Notes: a model not told the origin generated them from the letters alone. Shown: positions 1 to 10,511, numbered from the stretch's first letter. The stretch: DNA of 64,000 nt from Alphaproteobacteria bacterium (GCA_964291265.2 OZ219747.1:3200001-3264000), one strand, 5' to 3'. Numbers and translations are program-made.

Positions 1-1261
1 GGCCGACATGTGCGCTATCCGCCTTGGCATGGATCCGGTGGAATTCCGTCTGAAGAACCAGATCAAGCCTGGCGAACGCCTGCGCATGCAGCACAGCCGG
101 CAGTACATGAAGGGATCGCTTGAGCAGTATCTGGAGGGTATTTCCGAGGAGCAAAGGCAGGAGTGGCCGAAGCTCTTTCACCTGTCGAGCGGATCTACCG
201 ATGAAATCCTGCGCAAGGGCGTCAATGCCTTCGACTGGTCGTCGAAATGGAAGGGCTGGGGTGTGCCCTATGCTGTGGACGGACCCAGGCGCAGGGCGGT
301 GGGTGTTGGCACTGGAGCCCACGTCTGCGGCGTCGAGTTCGAGGGCAATGTCTCCGCCGTGGTGCGCATCAATCCGGATGGAAGCGCCAAGGTTCACTGC
401 GCTGTCGGCCGACAGGGGCAGGGGAGCGAGACAACCCAGGCCCAGGTGGCGGCGGAAGAACTGGGCATTCCGTTCGACAAGGTGGAGATCGAGACCGGTG
501 ACACCGATTCCTGCCCTTGGAGTCACGGTTCGCTGGCCAGCAACACCATGTACCGCGTTGGTTGGGCGACACGCGCTGCAGCCAATGACGCCAAGCGCCA
601 GTTGCTGGACATTGCGAGCCGGGAATTCTTCGACTCACCCCCTCACGAACTCGATGTGGTCGATGGTGTCATCTGCTCCAAGGACCCCAGCAAGCGGAAC
701 ATCCGCATCACGGTGGAGGAGGCGCTCAATCACTTCCGGGGTACCGACGCGCTTGGTCAGGCATCGTCGATCACCGGCAGGCCGCAAGGCCCCATGCCGC
801 CGGCCAGCACATTTGCCAGGCACTTCGCGGCGCACTTCGTGGATGTCGAGGTCGACATCGAGACCGGCGAGATCAGGTTGCTGGACTTCCTGGCGACGCA
901 GGACAGCGGCACGGTCATGAACCCCCAGGTCATGAAGAACCAGATGATCGGTGGGGCCATCTGCGGAGCCGGGTTCGCCATCTATGAGGCGCTGTCCTTC
1001 GACGATGACGGCCGGATCCTCAATGCCAACCTTCTCGACTACAAACTCCTGCGGGCAGCCGATTTTCCGCTGCGCGGCGATGTCATCTACGGGGATTCCT
1101 ACGACCCGGTGGGCCCCTTTGGCGCCCGCAGTGCCGGGGAGGCGCCGGCAGCTGCATCTGGTCCGGCCATCGCTCAGGCTGTCTACAATGCAGTCGGCAC
1201 CTGGGTCGACATGCCCATGACCCCCGAAAATGTAGTCGCCGCACTCGACGCCCTGCACTGA
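1..1261 (+). CDS. Xanthine dehydrogenase/CoxL-family molybdopterin-binding subunit, 5'-partial (begins before the window)
   Basis: Motifs GMDPVEFRLKN, GQGSETTQAQVAAEELG, VEVDIETGEI, QMIGG, GPFGARSAGE. Confidence 0.9.
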   Translation, partial: ADMCAIRLGMDPVEFRLKNQIKPGERLRMQHSRQYMKGSLEQYLEGISEEQRQEWPKLFHLSSGSTDEILRKGVNAFDWSSKWKGWGVPYAVDGPRRRAVGVGTGAHVCGVEFEGNVSAVVRINPDGSAKVHCAVGRQGQGSETTQAQVAAEELGIPFDKVEIETGDTDSCPWSHGSLASNTMYRVGWATRAAANDAKRQLLDIASREFFDSPPHELDVVDGVICSKDPSKRNIRITVEEALNHFRGTDALGQASSITGRPQGPMPPASTFARHFAAHFVDVEVDIETGEIRLLDFLATQDSGTVMNPQVMKNQMIGGAICGAGFAIYEALSFDDDGRILNANLLDYKLLRAADFPLRGDVIYGDSYDPVGPFGARSAGEAPAAASGPAIAQAVYNAVGTWVDMPMTPENVVAALDALH

Positions 1262-1429
1262 GACACGGGACAGGACACCGGAGATCGCGGTGGCCGGGGT
1301 ATCCGGGTTGCCGACGTGCCTCCCGGATGACATGAAGGCACCGGTGGTCTCACCTGCTGCCACGTCTCATGCCAAGGGCGCCCGTGTCGAACGATGAGCG
1401 CGAGAAACCAATCGTTGTCCGAGATCCTA

Positions 1430-3387
1430 GGCCGAAGTTCCAGCGTCGATCAAGTGCAACTGCTTGATATAAATGGCATTCGATGGATCTCAGAGGCGTC
1501 TGACTGGGTACATCACGGCTTCACGCCCAGGAGCTTGAGTGCTTTTCTCTGGAGCGGCGTGGGCCGCGTGGTGACCTGGAAGGGTTGGGCGCCCGCAAGG
1601 CGGGGCGCCACGGTGTTGCGGGTGATGGTCGCGAGATCATCGAGGAGAGTGCGGAAGCTGTGCACCGGATCACCCCCGGGTGTCCTCTTGGTTGCCGCCT
1701 TGGCCCGGGCGCTCGCCGAGACTTCTGCCGGCGCCACGACGGACGGCCGCCGGGCCTCGGCGCCTTCGGCATCCTCGTCGTCGAACAGCATGGGCTTCAG
1801 TTTCTGGCGCATGTGCCATTCGATGTAGTAGGCGAGCATGCACAGGAAGACATGGGCGCGGACCCGGGGTTCGGTGCGGTGGTAGACGGGGCGGACCTTC
1901 AGATCCACGGTCTTCAGGCTGCGGAAGGCCCGTTCCACCGAACTCAGCCGCTTGTAGGCGCGCACTGTGCCGGGACCGTCGAGCTCGCTCTGCGGCAGGC
2001 TGGTGCGGATCACGTAGAGGCCGTCGAGCCTGGCCTCGGCGGCGATGGCAGCCTCATCGCGCCCATAGGTGAAGACACCCTCGTCGTCGATGGACCACGT
2101 GAAGTGCTTCGCCATCTTGTACTTGCCGATGACCTTGCCGACCCTCTCCCCGATCTTGTCGGCACCCTTGAGACGGCGCTTGTCGCGCCGTGTCGCTGCG
2201 GCGATCGGTTCAAGCAGGGCCTCGGTGGCCTCGAGCAGTTCCTGGCGCTTGCGGGCCCGGTCCTCGGCCAGCAGGGGGTTGCGGCAGACCATGAGGCGTT
2301 CGCCGGGATACGCATCGCTGGTGATCTCCACCAGGTCCCTCTCGTCGAAGAGCGACATCTCGACGTCACCCGCCTCCACCAGTGAACGGATGGCCGGTCC
2401 CCTCAAGGCGCTGATCCAGTCCAGGCCTGCGGGCTTCACCTCCTCGCGTATGCGCGCCTCGGTCAGCATCCCCCGGTCTCCCACCAGCACCACCTTCGCC
2501 AGGGAGAAGCGCTCCTGCAGCGTGGTGATCTGTGAGGCAACCGTCCCGGGGTCCGCCGTGTTGCCGGGGAACACTTCCACCGACACTGGACAGCCGTCCC
2601 GATCGCACAGAAGGCCGAACTCGATCTGCAGCTTGCCCTTCTTGCCATCCCGGGAATGACCCCTCCTTGCCAGGGGACACGCTCTCCCCTCCATCCATAC
2701 CGAGGTCAGGTCATAGAGCACCAGGCAGCCTTCTTTGAGGCGCTGCTTCGCCAGGGACCGCTCGATCCTCTCCTGACGCTCCAGGAGCCAGTCCATGGCG
2801 CCATAGAGGGCGTCCTCGTCCATCTCCGCATCGAGGACCTCGCCCAGGGTGCTGACCGCCGTGGCCTCGGCCAGCCCCCTGGCCGTGGCCAGCTTCGAGG
2901 CGGGCTCGAGGATGCGTGCCACGATCATGGCCAGGACCTGATCGCGCTCAGGCGAGGGCTTCGGGTCGATCAACCTGTCCAGTCCCAGCTTCTTCAGGGT
3001 TCCCAGCACCGCGGCGACATGCCCATGGGGGAGGGAGCGGACGATGTCGAAGGCATCGTCGAGATGTCGGACTGCTGTTCCTCCCTTGAGGAGGATGCGC
3101 AATCCCTCGACGAGAGTGGGGGACCACTTGGAGAGGTTGGCGATGGTGCGCTTCTTGACCTTTCCGTTTTCGCGATAGGACTCGCGGAGCAGGATGGCGG
3201 GCGGCGAGGAGCGGTTGGGGACGGCTTCGATGTACATGGCTACTGTACATAGGCACGGCACTGCCGTGTGTCAAGCACAAAATGCATCCGTACATGGGTA
3301 CATTGTGAAGTCCGTCAAACCCGATAAACCGCGCAAGATCAACGACTTGACGCGACTTCCAGCTGGAAAACGTCCGGAACTTCGGCC
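1430..3387 (-). mobile_element. IS1634-like insertion sequence, copy 1 (1958 bp)
   Basis: Terminal IRs GGCCGAAGTTCC / GGAACTTCGGCC, flanked by TA at 1428-1429 and 3388-3389; encodes a DDE transposase. Confidence 0.9.
1513..3237 (-). CDS. IS1634-family transposase
   Basis: MYIEAVPNRSSPPAILLRESYRE N-terminus; LYDLTS, VGDRGM and YKRLSSVERAFRSLK DDE motifs. Confidence 0.9.
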   Translation of the reverse strand: MYIEAVPNRSSPPAILLRESYRENGKVKKRTIANLSKWSPTLVEGLRILLKGGTAVRHLDDAFDIVRSLPHGHVAAVLGTLKKLGLDRLIDPKPSPERDQVLAMIVARILEPASKLATARGLAEATAVSTLGEVLDAEMDEDALYGAMDWLLERQERIERSLAKQRLKEGCLVLYDLTSVWMEGRACPLARRGHSRDGKKGKLQIEFGLLCDRDGCPVSVEVFPGNTADPGTVASQITTLQERFSLAKVVLVGDRGMLTEARIREEVKPAGLDWISALRGPAIRSLVEAGDVEMSLFDERDLVEITSDAYPGERLMVCRNPLLAEDRARKRQELLEATEALLEPIAAATRRDKRRLKGADKIGERVGKVIGKYKMAKHFTWSIDDEGVFTYGRDEAAIAAEARLDGLYVIRTSLPQSELDGPGTVRAYKRLSSVERAFRSLKTVDLKVRPVYHRTEPRVRAHVFLCMLAYYIEWHMRQKLKPMLFDDEDAEGAEARRPSVVAPAEVSASARAKAATKRTPGGDPVHSFRTLLDDLATITRNTVAPRLAGAQPFQVTTRPTPLQRKALKLLGVKP

Positions 3388-3652
3388 TAGGGGACAATGT
3401 GGACGATCAGGTCGCTGCATGCGACCACCGCATGCTGGGTGCCTGCGCCCGCGAACTCGGTCGCAACGGACAGGGACTGTCTGCCAACGCGCAGTCTGCT
3501 TCTCGAAGGTAGCGGCATCGGAACATGCTGACGAGGGCTGTCTCGATGGTCTTCGCAGCCGGGGTCATGAAGCCGGTCGGCGGGCGGAGGCGATTGTATC
3601 CGCGGAGAACGCGGCGGATAATGGCCCGATGTATGCGGAGTGCGGAACGCTA

Positions 3653-5610
3653 GACCGAAGTTCCAGCGCCGATCAAGTGCAAGTGCTTGATATAAATGGC
3701 ATTCGATGGATCTCAGGGGCGTCTGACTGGGTACATTACGGCTTCACGCCCAGGAGCTTGAGTGCTCTTCTCTGGAGCGGCGTGGGCCGCGTGGTGACCT
3801 GGAAGGGTTGGGCGCCCGCAAGGCGGGGCGCCACGGTGTTGCGGGTGATGGTCGCGAGATCATCGAGGAGAGTGCGGAAGCTGTGCACCGGATCACCCCC
3901 GGGCGTCCTCTTGGTTGCCGCCTTGGCCCGGGCGCTCGCCGAGACTTCTGCCGGCGCCACGACGGACGGCCGCCGGGCCTCGGCGCCTTCGGCATCCTCG
4001 TCGTCGAACAGCATGGGCTTCAGTTTCTGGCGCATGTGCCATTCCACGTAGTAGGCGAGCATGCACAGGAAGACATGGGCGCGGACCCGGGGTTCGGTGC
4101 GGTGGTAGACGGGGCGGACCTTCAGATCCACGGTCTTCAGGCTGCGGAAGGCCCGTTCCACCGAACTCAGCCGCTTGTAGGCGCGCACTGTGCCGGGACC
4201 GTCGAGCTCGCTCTGCGGCAGGCTGGTGCGGATCACGTAGAGGCCGTCGAGCCTGGCCTCGGCGGCGATGGCAGCCTCATCGCGCCCATAGGTGAAGACA
4301 CCCTCGTCGTCGATGGACCACGTGAAGTGCTTCGCCATCTTGTACTTGCCGATGACCTTGCCGACCCGCTCCCCGATCTTGTCGGCACCCTTGAGACGGC
4401 GCTTGTCGCGCCGTGTCGCTGCGGCGATCGGTTCAAGCAGGGCCTCGGTGGCCTCGAGCAGTTCCTGGCGCTTGCGGGCCCGGTCCTCGGCCAGCAGGGG
4501 GTTGCGGCAGACCATGAGGCGTTCGCCGGGATACGCATCGCTGGCGATCTCCACCAGGTCCTTCTCGCCGAAGAGCGACATCCCGACGTCACCCGCCTCC
4601 ACCAGTGAACGGATGGCCGGTCCCCTCAAGGCGCTGATCCAGTCCAGGCCTGCGGGCTTCACCTCCTCGCGTATCCGCGCCTCGGTCAGCATCCCCCGGT
4701 CTCCCACCAGCACCACCTTCGCCAGGGAGAAGCGCTCCTGCAACGTGGTGATCTGTGATGCCACCGTCCCGGGGTCCGCCGTGTTGCCGGGGAACACTTC
4801 CACCGACACTGGACAGCCGTCCCGATCGCACAGAAGGCCGAACTCGATCTGCAGCTTGCCCTTCTTGCCGTCCCGGGAATGACCCCTCCTGGCCAGGGGG
4901 CACGCTCTCCCCTCCATCCATACCGAGGTCAGGTCATAGAGCACCAGGCAGCCCTCTTCGAGGCGCCGCTTCGCCAGGGACCGCTCGATCCTCTCCTGAC
5001 GCTCCAGGAGCCAGTCCATGGCGCCGTAGAGGGCGTCCTCGTCCATCTCCGCATCGAGGACCTCGCCCAGGGTGGAGACCGCCGTGGCCTCGGCCAGCCC
5101 CCTGGCCGTGGCCAGCTTCGAGGCGGGCTCGAGGATGCGTGCCACGATCATGGCCAGGACCTGATCGCGCTCATGCGAGGACTTCGGGTCGATCAGCCTG
5201 TCCAGTCCCAGCTTCTTCAGGCCTCCCAGCACCGCGGCGACATGCCCGTGGGGTAGGGAGCGGACGATGTCGAAGGCATCGTCGAGATGTCGGACTGCTG
5301 TTCCTCCCTTGAGGAGGATGCGCAATCCCTCGACGAGGGTGGGGGACCACTTGGAGAGGTTGGCGATGGTACGCTTCTTGACCTTTTCGTCTTCGCGATA
5401 GGACTCGCGGAGCAGGATGGCGGGCGGCGAGGAGCGGTTGGGGACGGCTTCGATGTACATGGCTACCGTACATAGGCACAGCACTGCCGTGTGTCAAGCA
5501 CAAAATGCATCCGTACATGGGTACACTGTGAAGTCCGTCAAACCCGATAAACCACGCAATATCAACGACTTGACGCGATTTCCAGCTGGAAAACGTCCGG
5601 AACTTCGGGC
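3653..5610 (-). mobile_element. IS1634-like insertion sequence, copy 2 (1958 bp)
   Basis: IRs GACCGAAGTTCC / GGAACTTCGGGC, TA at 3651-3652 and 5611-5612; near-identical to copy 1. Confidence 0.9.
3736..5460 (-). CDS. IS1634-family transposase
   Basis: Same motifs as copy 1, with a handful of substitutions. Confidence 0.9.
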   Translation of the reverse strand: MYIEAVPNRSSPPAILLRESYREDEKVKKRTIANLSKWSPTLVEGLRILLKGGTAVRHLDDAFDIVRSLPHGHVAAVLGGLKKLGLDRLIDPKSSHERDQVLAMIVARILEPASKLATARGLAEATAVSTLGEVLDAEMDEDALYGAMDWLLERQERIERSLAKRRLEEGCLVLYDLTSVWMEGRACPLARRGHSRDGKKGKLQIEFGLLCDRDGCPVSVEVFPGNTADPGTVASQITTLQERFSLAKVVLVGDRGMLTEARIREEVKPAGLDWISALRGPAIRSLVEAGDVGMSLFGEKDLVEIASDAYPGERLMVCRNPLLAEDRARKRQELLEATEALLEPIAAATRRDKRRLKGADKIGERVGKVIGKYKMAKHFTWSIDDEGVFTYGRDEAAIAAEARLDGLYVIRTSLPQSELDGPGTVRAYKRLSSVERAFRSLKTVDLKVRPVYHRTEPRVRAHVFLCMLAYYVEWHMRQKLKPMLFDDEDAEGAEARRPSVVAPAEVSASARAKAATKRTPGGDPVHSFRTLLDDLATITRNTVAPRLAGAQPFQVTTRPTPLQRRALKLLGVKP

Positions 5611-5612
5611 TA

Positions 5613-5785
5613 GACGCCACCTCGCGTCTGTCGTAGGCGATGTTCAAGTGCGTGGCGTGTGGCCATGCGGACCTGAATGCGGCCCGCAACGACAGGCGTC
5701 GGGGACAGGTCACCTGCACGGGGAGGGCGTTTCGCCGTCAGGCGCTCCGATGATCCGTAAAACGGATCGGAGACTGGTGACGTGA
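5613..5785 (+). pseudogene. tnpB: 3' relic of tnpB (IS200/IS605-type RNA-guided nuclease), split by IS copy 2; upstream piece at ~3630-3652
   Basis: Removing the IS gives in-frame YAECGTLD-ATSRLS*AMFKCVACGHADLNAARN, i.e. a zinc ribbon plus the RuvC-III ADxNAA motif. Confidence 0.75.
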
Positions 5786-6006
5786 GCCTTTCAGCCAAGG
5801 ATGCAAGTCCCCGTGCAGAGCCGGTTGTTCTTCGCTAACAGTCGCAGTGTGACATCGACGATGCAATCGACGCCATCCGATTGAAGCAAGCTAGCCGGTT
5901 GCGCACGCCTTCGTCGATGCGCTTGAGGGGTTCACCACAGATCGCTGTACGGCCGAAGAGTCGCTCGCCGCGTTACGCTCATGATCTGGGCATGTCCGCC
6001 ACCCGG

Positions 6007-7509
6007 TCAGGCGTAGTTGGGCCGTTCCGGGCAGTCGGGATCGAGGGGGAAGATGGGGCGGCGCACCTTGCGGAAGGTGAAGAGACCGTTGTCGCTGCTC
6101 GTCACACCGACGCCGTTGCAGGGCACTTCGGCGGTAGCGATGTCGCTGAACCCTGCCCGGAAGTGAATGCGCGACTTGAGGATGATGTAGCGCTTGTGGA
6201 GGGGCTCGATGCCGACGCTGCGCAGGCATCCCGGGTCATAGGGCTCGGTCTGGCGCGAGACGACGACGATCTCGACGTTGCCGGTCCGGAGAACGCCGGA
6301 TCGTCCCATGGACATCCTCGTTCCCCGGCCCATCGGCACCGTGACGGTGAAATCGCCGTCGGTGAGGGAACGGACCTTCCCCGTCACGACAAGCGGCTCT
6401 CCCTCTCTGCCGATTTCGGGCATGTCGACCTTGCCGCCCAGATTGATCGTGATCTCGTTGCCGATGCCGGCGGCTGTCATGGCATCGACGGCCTCCTCGT
6501 CGCAGATACCGAACATGGCGACGTTCTCAAGCCCCTGGCGCATGACCTCCCGCAAGACGGCGACCGTATCCTGCGTTCCCCCGGAGGCGGCATTGTCGGC
6601 ATGATCGAGGAGTATGACCGGGCCTTCCTCCATCTGTCGGGCGCGGGCTACGGTGTGTTCCAGTGGCTCGGCCTCGAAGAGCCACTCGTCGCGACGCCGC
6701 CACGCTTCACCGAGCAGGCGTTCGGCGGTTGCCTCGGCCGCGCTGCGGTCACCGTCGGCCACCGCGACGACGGAGAGCCCGGCGTTGCGGAAGTCGGCCA
6801 GGGGGAAGCCGCCGAAGACGCTCACGGCAAGCAGTCCGGCCTCTTCGGCCTGGCGGGCCATGGCGATCATCGGTCCCATGGGTTCGTCGTCGTGCCCCAT
6901 GCGCAGGGTCTGAGCGAGGATGGGGCGCTGTCCCCATGCCATCACCGGCGTCACCCTTCCGTCGAGGGCGTTCACCATGATGCGCCCGGAGTGAAGGCCC
7001 GCCTCGTACATGTCGAGATGCGGATAGGTCTTGTAGCCGACAATCACGTCCGTGTTCTCGACGATCTCCGGCGTGATGTTGGCGTGAAGGTCGAGACTGA
7101 TGGCGATGGGAAGATCCGGAGCGATGTCACGGATGCGTTTCAGAAGACCGCCTTCACCATCGCCGGTCGTTTCGGTGACCATGGCTCCGTGGAGGTCGAG
7201 GAAGCAGACGTCGCAACCGGCCTGAACGGATTCCAGGATGGCATCGCACATGACGCTGTAGGCATGACGCTCGACCGGGCCCGAAGGGGCGGCGTTGCCG
7301 GCGATCGGTGTGACGACCTCCATGCCGGCCTCATCGGCGACATCGAGGAAGGCGCCAATTCCAGTCCCGGTCCCCTTGAAACGCCGATAGACCTCCGGAC
7401 CCGTCGGAACGTCAGGTGAGCCGAAGCGGGAAAGCGGCGTCGGCACCGGTGAGAAGGTGTTGGTTTCGTGTTCCATCATGGCGACGACAGCACGCCTGAT
7501 CATGGGCAT
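6007..7509 (-). CDS. M81-family metallopeptidase (MlrC-like)
   Basis: HETNTFS, LDLHGAM, SLDLHAN, YKTYPHLD and DHADN motifs. Confidence 0.9.
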   Translation of the reverse strand: MPMIRRAVVAMMEHETNTFSPVPTPLSRFGSPDVPTGPEVYRRFKGTGTGIGAFLDVADEAGMEVVTPIAGNAAPSGPVERHAYSVMCDAILESVQAGCDVCFLDLHGAMVTETTGDGEGGLLKRIRDIAPDLPIAISLDLHANITPEIVENTDVIVGYKTYPHLDMYEAGLHSGRIMVNALDGRVTPVMAWGQRPILAQTLRMGHDDEPMGPMIAMARQAEEAGLLAVSVFGGFPLADFRNAGLSVVAVADGDRSAAEATAERLLGEAWRRRDEWLFEAEPLEHTVARARQMEEGPVILLDHADNAASGGTQDTVAVLREVMRQGLENVAMFGICDEEAVDAMTAAGIGNEITINLGGKVDMPEIGREGEPLVVTGKVRSLTDGDFTVTVPMGRGTRMSMGRSGVLRTGNVEIVVVSRQTEPYDPGCLRSVGIEPLHKRYIILKSRIHFRAGFSDIATAEVPCNGVGVTSSDNGLFTFRKVRRPIFPLDPDCPERPNYA

Positions 7510-7592
7510 CTCCCTCTTGCTGTCTCAACTATCGCAGCGCGGCGGACTGTGTCAAAACCGCGCCCGATGACGGCCATGCGGAGACTGACAAC

Positions 7593-7982
7593 ATGCGCAA
7601 ACGTGGATCCAGAGGTGTCCGGGCGGCGAGCTTGCGCATCTGCGTGACCTGCCGCTGGAGAGCGTTCGATGCCATGCCCGACGGTGACGACCTTCCAGGA
7701 AAGCGACTCCATGACATTGTCCGCGCCATGGCCTCGCCCGGGGAAAGGGAACGCATTCATCCGATCGTGTGCCTCACCCACTGTCCCGATGCCTGCAATG
7801 CGGTGGCGATGCAACGTGGCAAGCCGCCGCTGCTGGCAACCAGGATGTCTCCCGATCACGAAACCGCAAGGGCGCTCCTCGAGTTGCTCCATGCCTACGA
7901 CCAGTCGTCCGATGGGGTCGTCGCGGGCAGTGCTGTCGAGACGCGTCCCCTGGTTCCGGGCGCAGCACGCCGCCGCAGATGA
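7593..7982 (+). CDS. DUF1636-like small Cys-rich (metal-binding) protein, C-terminus possibly degraded
   Basis: ICVTCR ... VCLTHCPDAC ... GK pattern. Confidence 0.5.
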   Translation: MRKRGSRGVRAASLRICVTCRWRAFDAMPDGDDLPGKRLHDIVRAMASPGERERIHPIVCLTHCPDACNAVAMQRGKPPLLATRMSPDHETARALLELLHAYDQSSDGVVAGSAVETRPLVPGAARRRR

Positions 7983-8112
7983 CACGGTCGAACTCCGGGA
8001 TTTCAGTTAGGAATGGTTCCGAGTTGCAAGTGGATGATTGCATTTGCAGTTTCCCTGCCGAGGCGCTAACGTTCCCCGGTGTTTCGGTGTCGGCTCAAGG
8101 GAGGCTCAATTG

Positions 8113-8586
8113 ATGCAGAAATCTCTGTCCATCGATCCGAACAAGTGCACAGGCTGCCTGCAGTGCGAACTGGCCTGTTCACTTGACAAAGAAGGGGCGT
8201 TCAACCCCTCCAAGTCGAGGATCAAGGTCTTCAACTTCGAAGGGAAGGGACGCTTCGTTCCCTATACCTGTACACAATGTGACGAGGCATGGTGCGCTGA
8301 GGCCTGTCCGACGAACGCCATTTCGGTTGACCGCGATACCGGAGCCAAGGTGGTGAGCGACGCCCTGTGCGTCGGCTGCAAGGTATGCACCATTGCATGT
8401 CCGTTCGGTACCATCAACTACAACCAGTCGACCGGCAAGGTGATCAAGTGCGATCTGTGTGGTGGCGATCCGGAATGCGCCAAGGCGTGTCCGACCGAGG
8501 CCATCACCTATGTTGATGCCAACTGGACCGGTCTTGACAAGATGCGCGCCTCGGCCGCCGTGGCCGACGCTGCAGCGCAGGCATAA
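8113..8586 (+). CDS. 4Fe-4S dicluster electron-transfer subunit of AOR (AorA-like)
   Basis: Four ferredoxin-type Cys motifs; GGGAGG RBS; directly upstream of the AOR gene. Confidence 0.92.
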   Translation: MQKSLSIDPNKCTGCLQCELACSLDKEGAFNPSKSRIKVFNFEGKGRFVPYTCTQCDEAWCAEACPTNAISVDRDTGAKVVSDALCVGCKVCTIACPFGTINYNQSTGKVIKCDLCGGDPECAKACPTEAITYVDANWTGLDKMRASAAVADAAAQA

Positions 8587-8601
8587 GGGAGGGACGCACA
8601 A

Positions 8602-10449
8602 ATGGCATGGACTGGAAAGTTGCTGCGGGTCAACCTTTCCGAAGGCACCTGCGAGAGTGAGCCTCTCAACATGGAGTGGGCGCAGGCCTACCTCGGTCAG
8701 CGCGGTCTTGCGACCAAGTATCTCTGCGAGGAGATCGATCCCAAGGTCGATCCCCTGTCGCCGGAGAACAAGCTCATCATGACGACAGGCCCCCTGACCG
8801 GAACCTGCGCGTCGACGGCGGGCCGCTATTCCGTGGTGACCAAGGGCGCCCTGACGGGCGCCATCGCCTGCTCCAATTCCGGTGGTTTCTTCGGCAACGA
8901 GATGAAGAACGCCGGCTGGGACATGATCATTTTCGAGGGCAGGTCGCCGTCACCGGTCTACCTCCTGGTGCTTGATGGGGATGCCCGTCTCGTCGATGCC
9001 TCGAAACACTGGGGGACCTCGGTCTGGGATACCGAAGAAACCATCAAGCACGACCATAGCGATCCATTGATCCGGGTCGCCTCGATCGGTGTCTCGGGCG
9101 AAAAGGGCATCAAGTACGCCTGCATCGTGAACGACATGCACCGGGCGGCAGGACGTTCGGGCGTGGGTACGGTGATGGGTTCCAAGAACCTCAAGGCGGT
9201 TGCCATCCGCGGCACGCTGGGCGTCAGCGTCAAGGATCCCCGGCGCTTCATGGAAGCGACCGCTGCGGCCAAGAAAGTCCTTGCCGACAATCCGGTCACC
9301 GGGCAGGGGCTTCCTGCCATGGGAACCCAGGTTCTCATGAACGTCATCAACGAGACCGGAGCCCTGCCGACACGCAATCACCGTGATGTCCAGTTCGAGG
9401 GCGCCAACAGCATCTCGGCGGAGGCCATGGCCGAAGTGCGGGAGACGGATGGCAAGAAGAACCTCGTCACCAACGCGGCCTGCTTCGGCTGCACCATTGC
9501 CTGCGGCCGGGTCTCCGAGATCGACCGGACTCATTTTTCGGTGGCCGAGCGGCCCGAGTACCAGATCATCTCAGGCGGTCTCGAGTATGAGGCTGCCTGG
9601 GCGCTTGGTGCAGCCACCGGCGTTGACGATCTGGAAGCACTGACATTCGCCAACTTCATCTGCAACGAGCAGGGGCTTGACCCCATTTCGTTCGGCGCCA
9701 CGGTCGGCTCCGCCATGGAGCTGTTTGAGGAAGGTCTGATCACCACCGACGACACCGATGGGATCGAACTCAACTTCGGCAATGCCGCGGCACTGTGCAA
9801 GGTGGCGGAACTGACCGGCAAGGGTGAGGGCTTTGGCGCCGAGATCGGCCTGGGCTCGAAGTTGCTGTGCGAGAAACACGGCAGGCCCGAACTCTCGATG
9901 TCCGTCAAGGGCCAGGAGTTCCCGGCCTATGACAGCCGCGGAATTCAGGGCATGGGACTGACCTATGCCACCTCCAACCGCGGCGCCTGCCATCTCAGGA
10001 GCTACACGGTGGCCTCGGAGATCCTCGGCATCCCCGAGAAGACCGATCCCCTGGTGCCCGATGGCAAGGCGGGTCTGGTGCGTGCCTTCCAGGACGCCAC
10101 GGCGGCGGTCGACTCGACCGGCATGTGTGTCTTCACGACATTCGCCTGGACCCTCGAAGACTTCGCACCACAGGTGGATGCGGCCTGCGAGGGAGAGTGG
10201 ACCGCAGAACGCCTTCTTGAGACAGGTGAGAGGATCTGGAACCTTGAGCGGCGGTTCAACATCGCCGCCGGCTTTACCGGTGACGATGACAATCTTCCGC
10301 CGCGTCTCCTCAAGGATGCGGCGAAGACCGGTCCCGCCGAAGGGAAGGTCAACGGTCTCGAGACCATGCTGCCGGAGTACTACGAGGTTCGCGGCTGGAC
10401 GCCGGACGGCGTTCCGAGCAACGAGACCATTGCGCGCCTCGGCTTGTAG
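8602..10449 (+). CDS. aor: Aldehyde:ferredoxin oxidoreductase family tungsten subunit (AorB-like)
   Basis: SNSGG, AAGRSGVGTVMGSKNLKAV, ACFGCTIACG, EYE, SNRGACH and YYEVRGW motifs. Confidence 0.95.
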   Translation: MAWTGKLLRVNLSEGTCESEPLNMEWAQAYLGQRGLATKYLCEEIDPKVDPLSPENKLIMTTGPLTGTCASTAGRYSVVTKGALTGAIACSNSGGFFGNEMKNAGWDMIIFEGRSPSPVYLLVLDGDARLVDASKHWGTSVWDTEETIKHDHSDPLIRVASIGVSGEKGIKYACIVNDMHRAAGRSGVGTVMGSKNLKAVAIRGTLGVSVKDPRRFMEATAAAKKVLADNPVTGQGLPAMGTQVLMNVINETGALPTRNHRDVQFEGANSISAEAMAEVRETDGKKNLVTNAACFGCTIACGRVSEIDRTHFSVAERPEYQIISGGLEYEAAWALGAATGVDDLEALTFANFICNEQGLDPISFGATVGSAMELFEEGLITTDDTDGIELNFGNAAALCKVAELTGKGEGFGAEIGLGSKLLCEKHGRPELSMSVKGQEFPAYDSRGIQGMGLTYATSNRGACHLRSYTVASEILGIPEKTDPLVPDGKAGLVRAFQDATAAVDSTGMCVFTTFAWTLEDFAPQVDAACEGEWTAERLLETGERIWNLERRFNIAAGFTGDDDNLPPRLLKDAAKTGPAEGKVNGLETMLPEYYEVRGWTPDGVPSNETIARLGL

Positions 10450-10472
10450 ACTGCCGACAATCGGCTGATCCG

Positions 10473-10511
10473 GGCGGCCCCTTCCTGAAGCCGGGAAGGG
10501 GCCGCCTTATT
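10473..10511 (+). terminator. Probable intrinsic terminator after aor
   Basis: Perfect 13-bp stem GGCGGCCCCTTCC / GGAAGGGGCCGCC with an 8-nt loop, followed by TTATT. Confidence 0.7.

Noticed and set aside
8012-8030. Sigma-54 promoter upstream of the AOR genes
   Set aside because: GG-to-GC spacing is 9 nt rather than 10.
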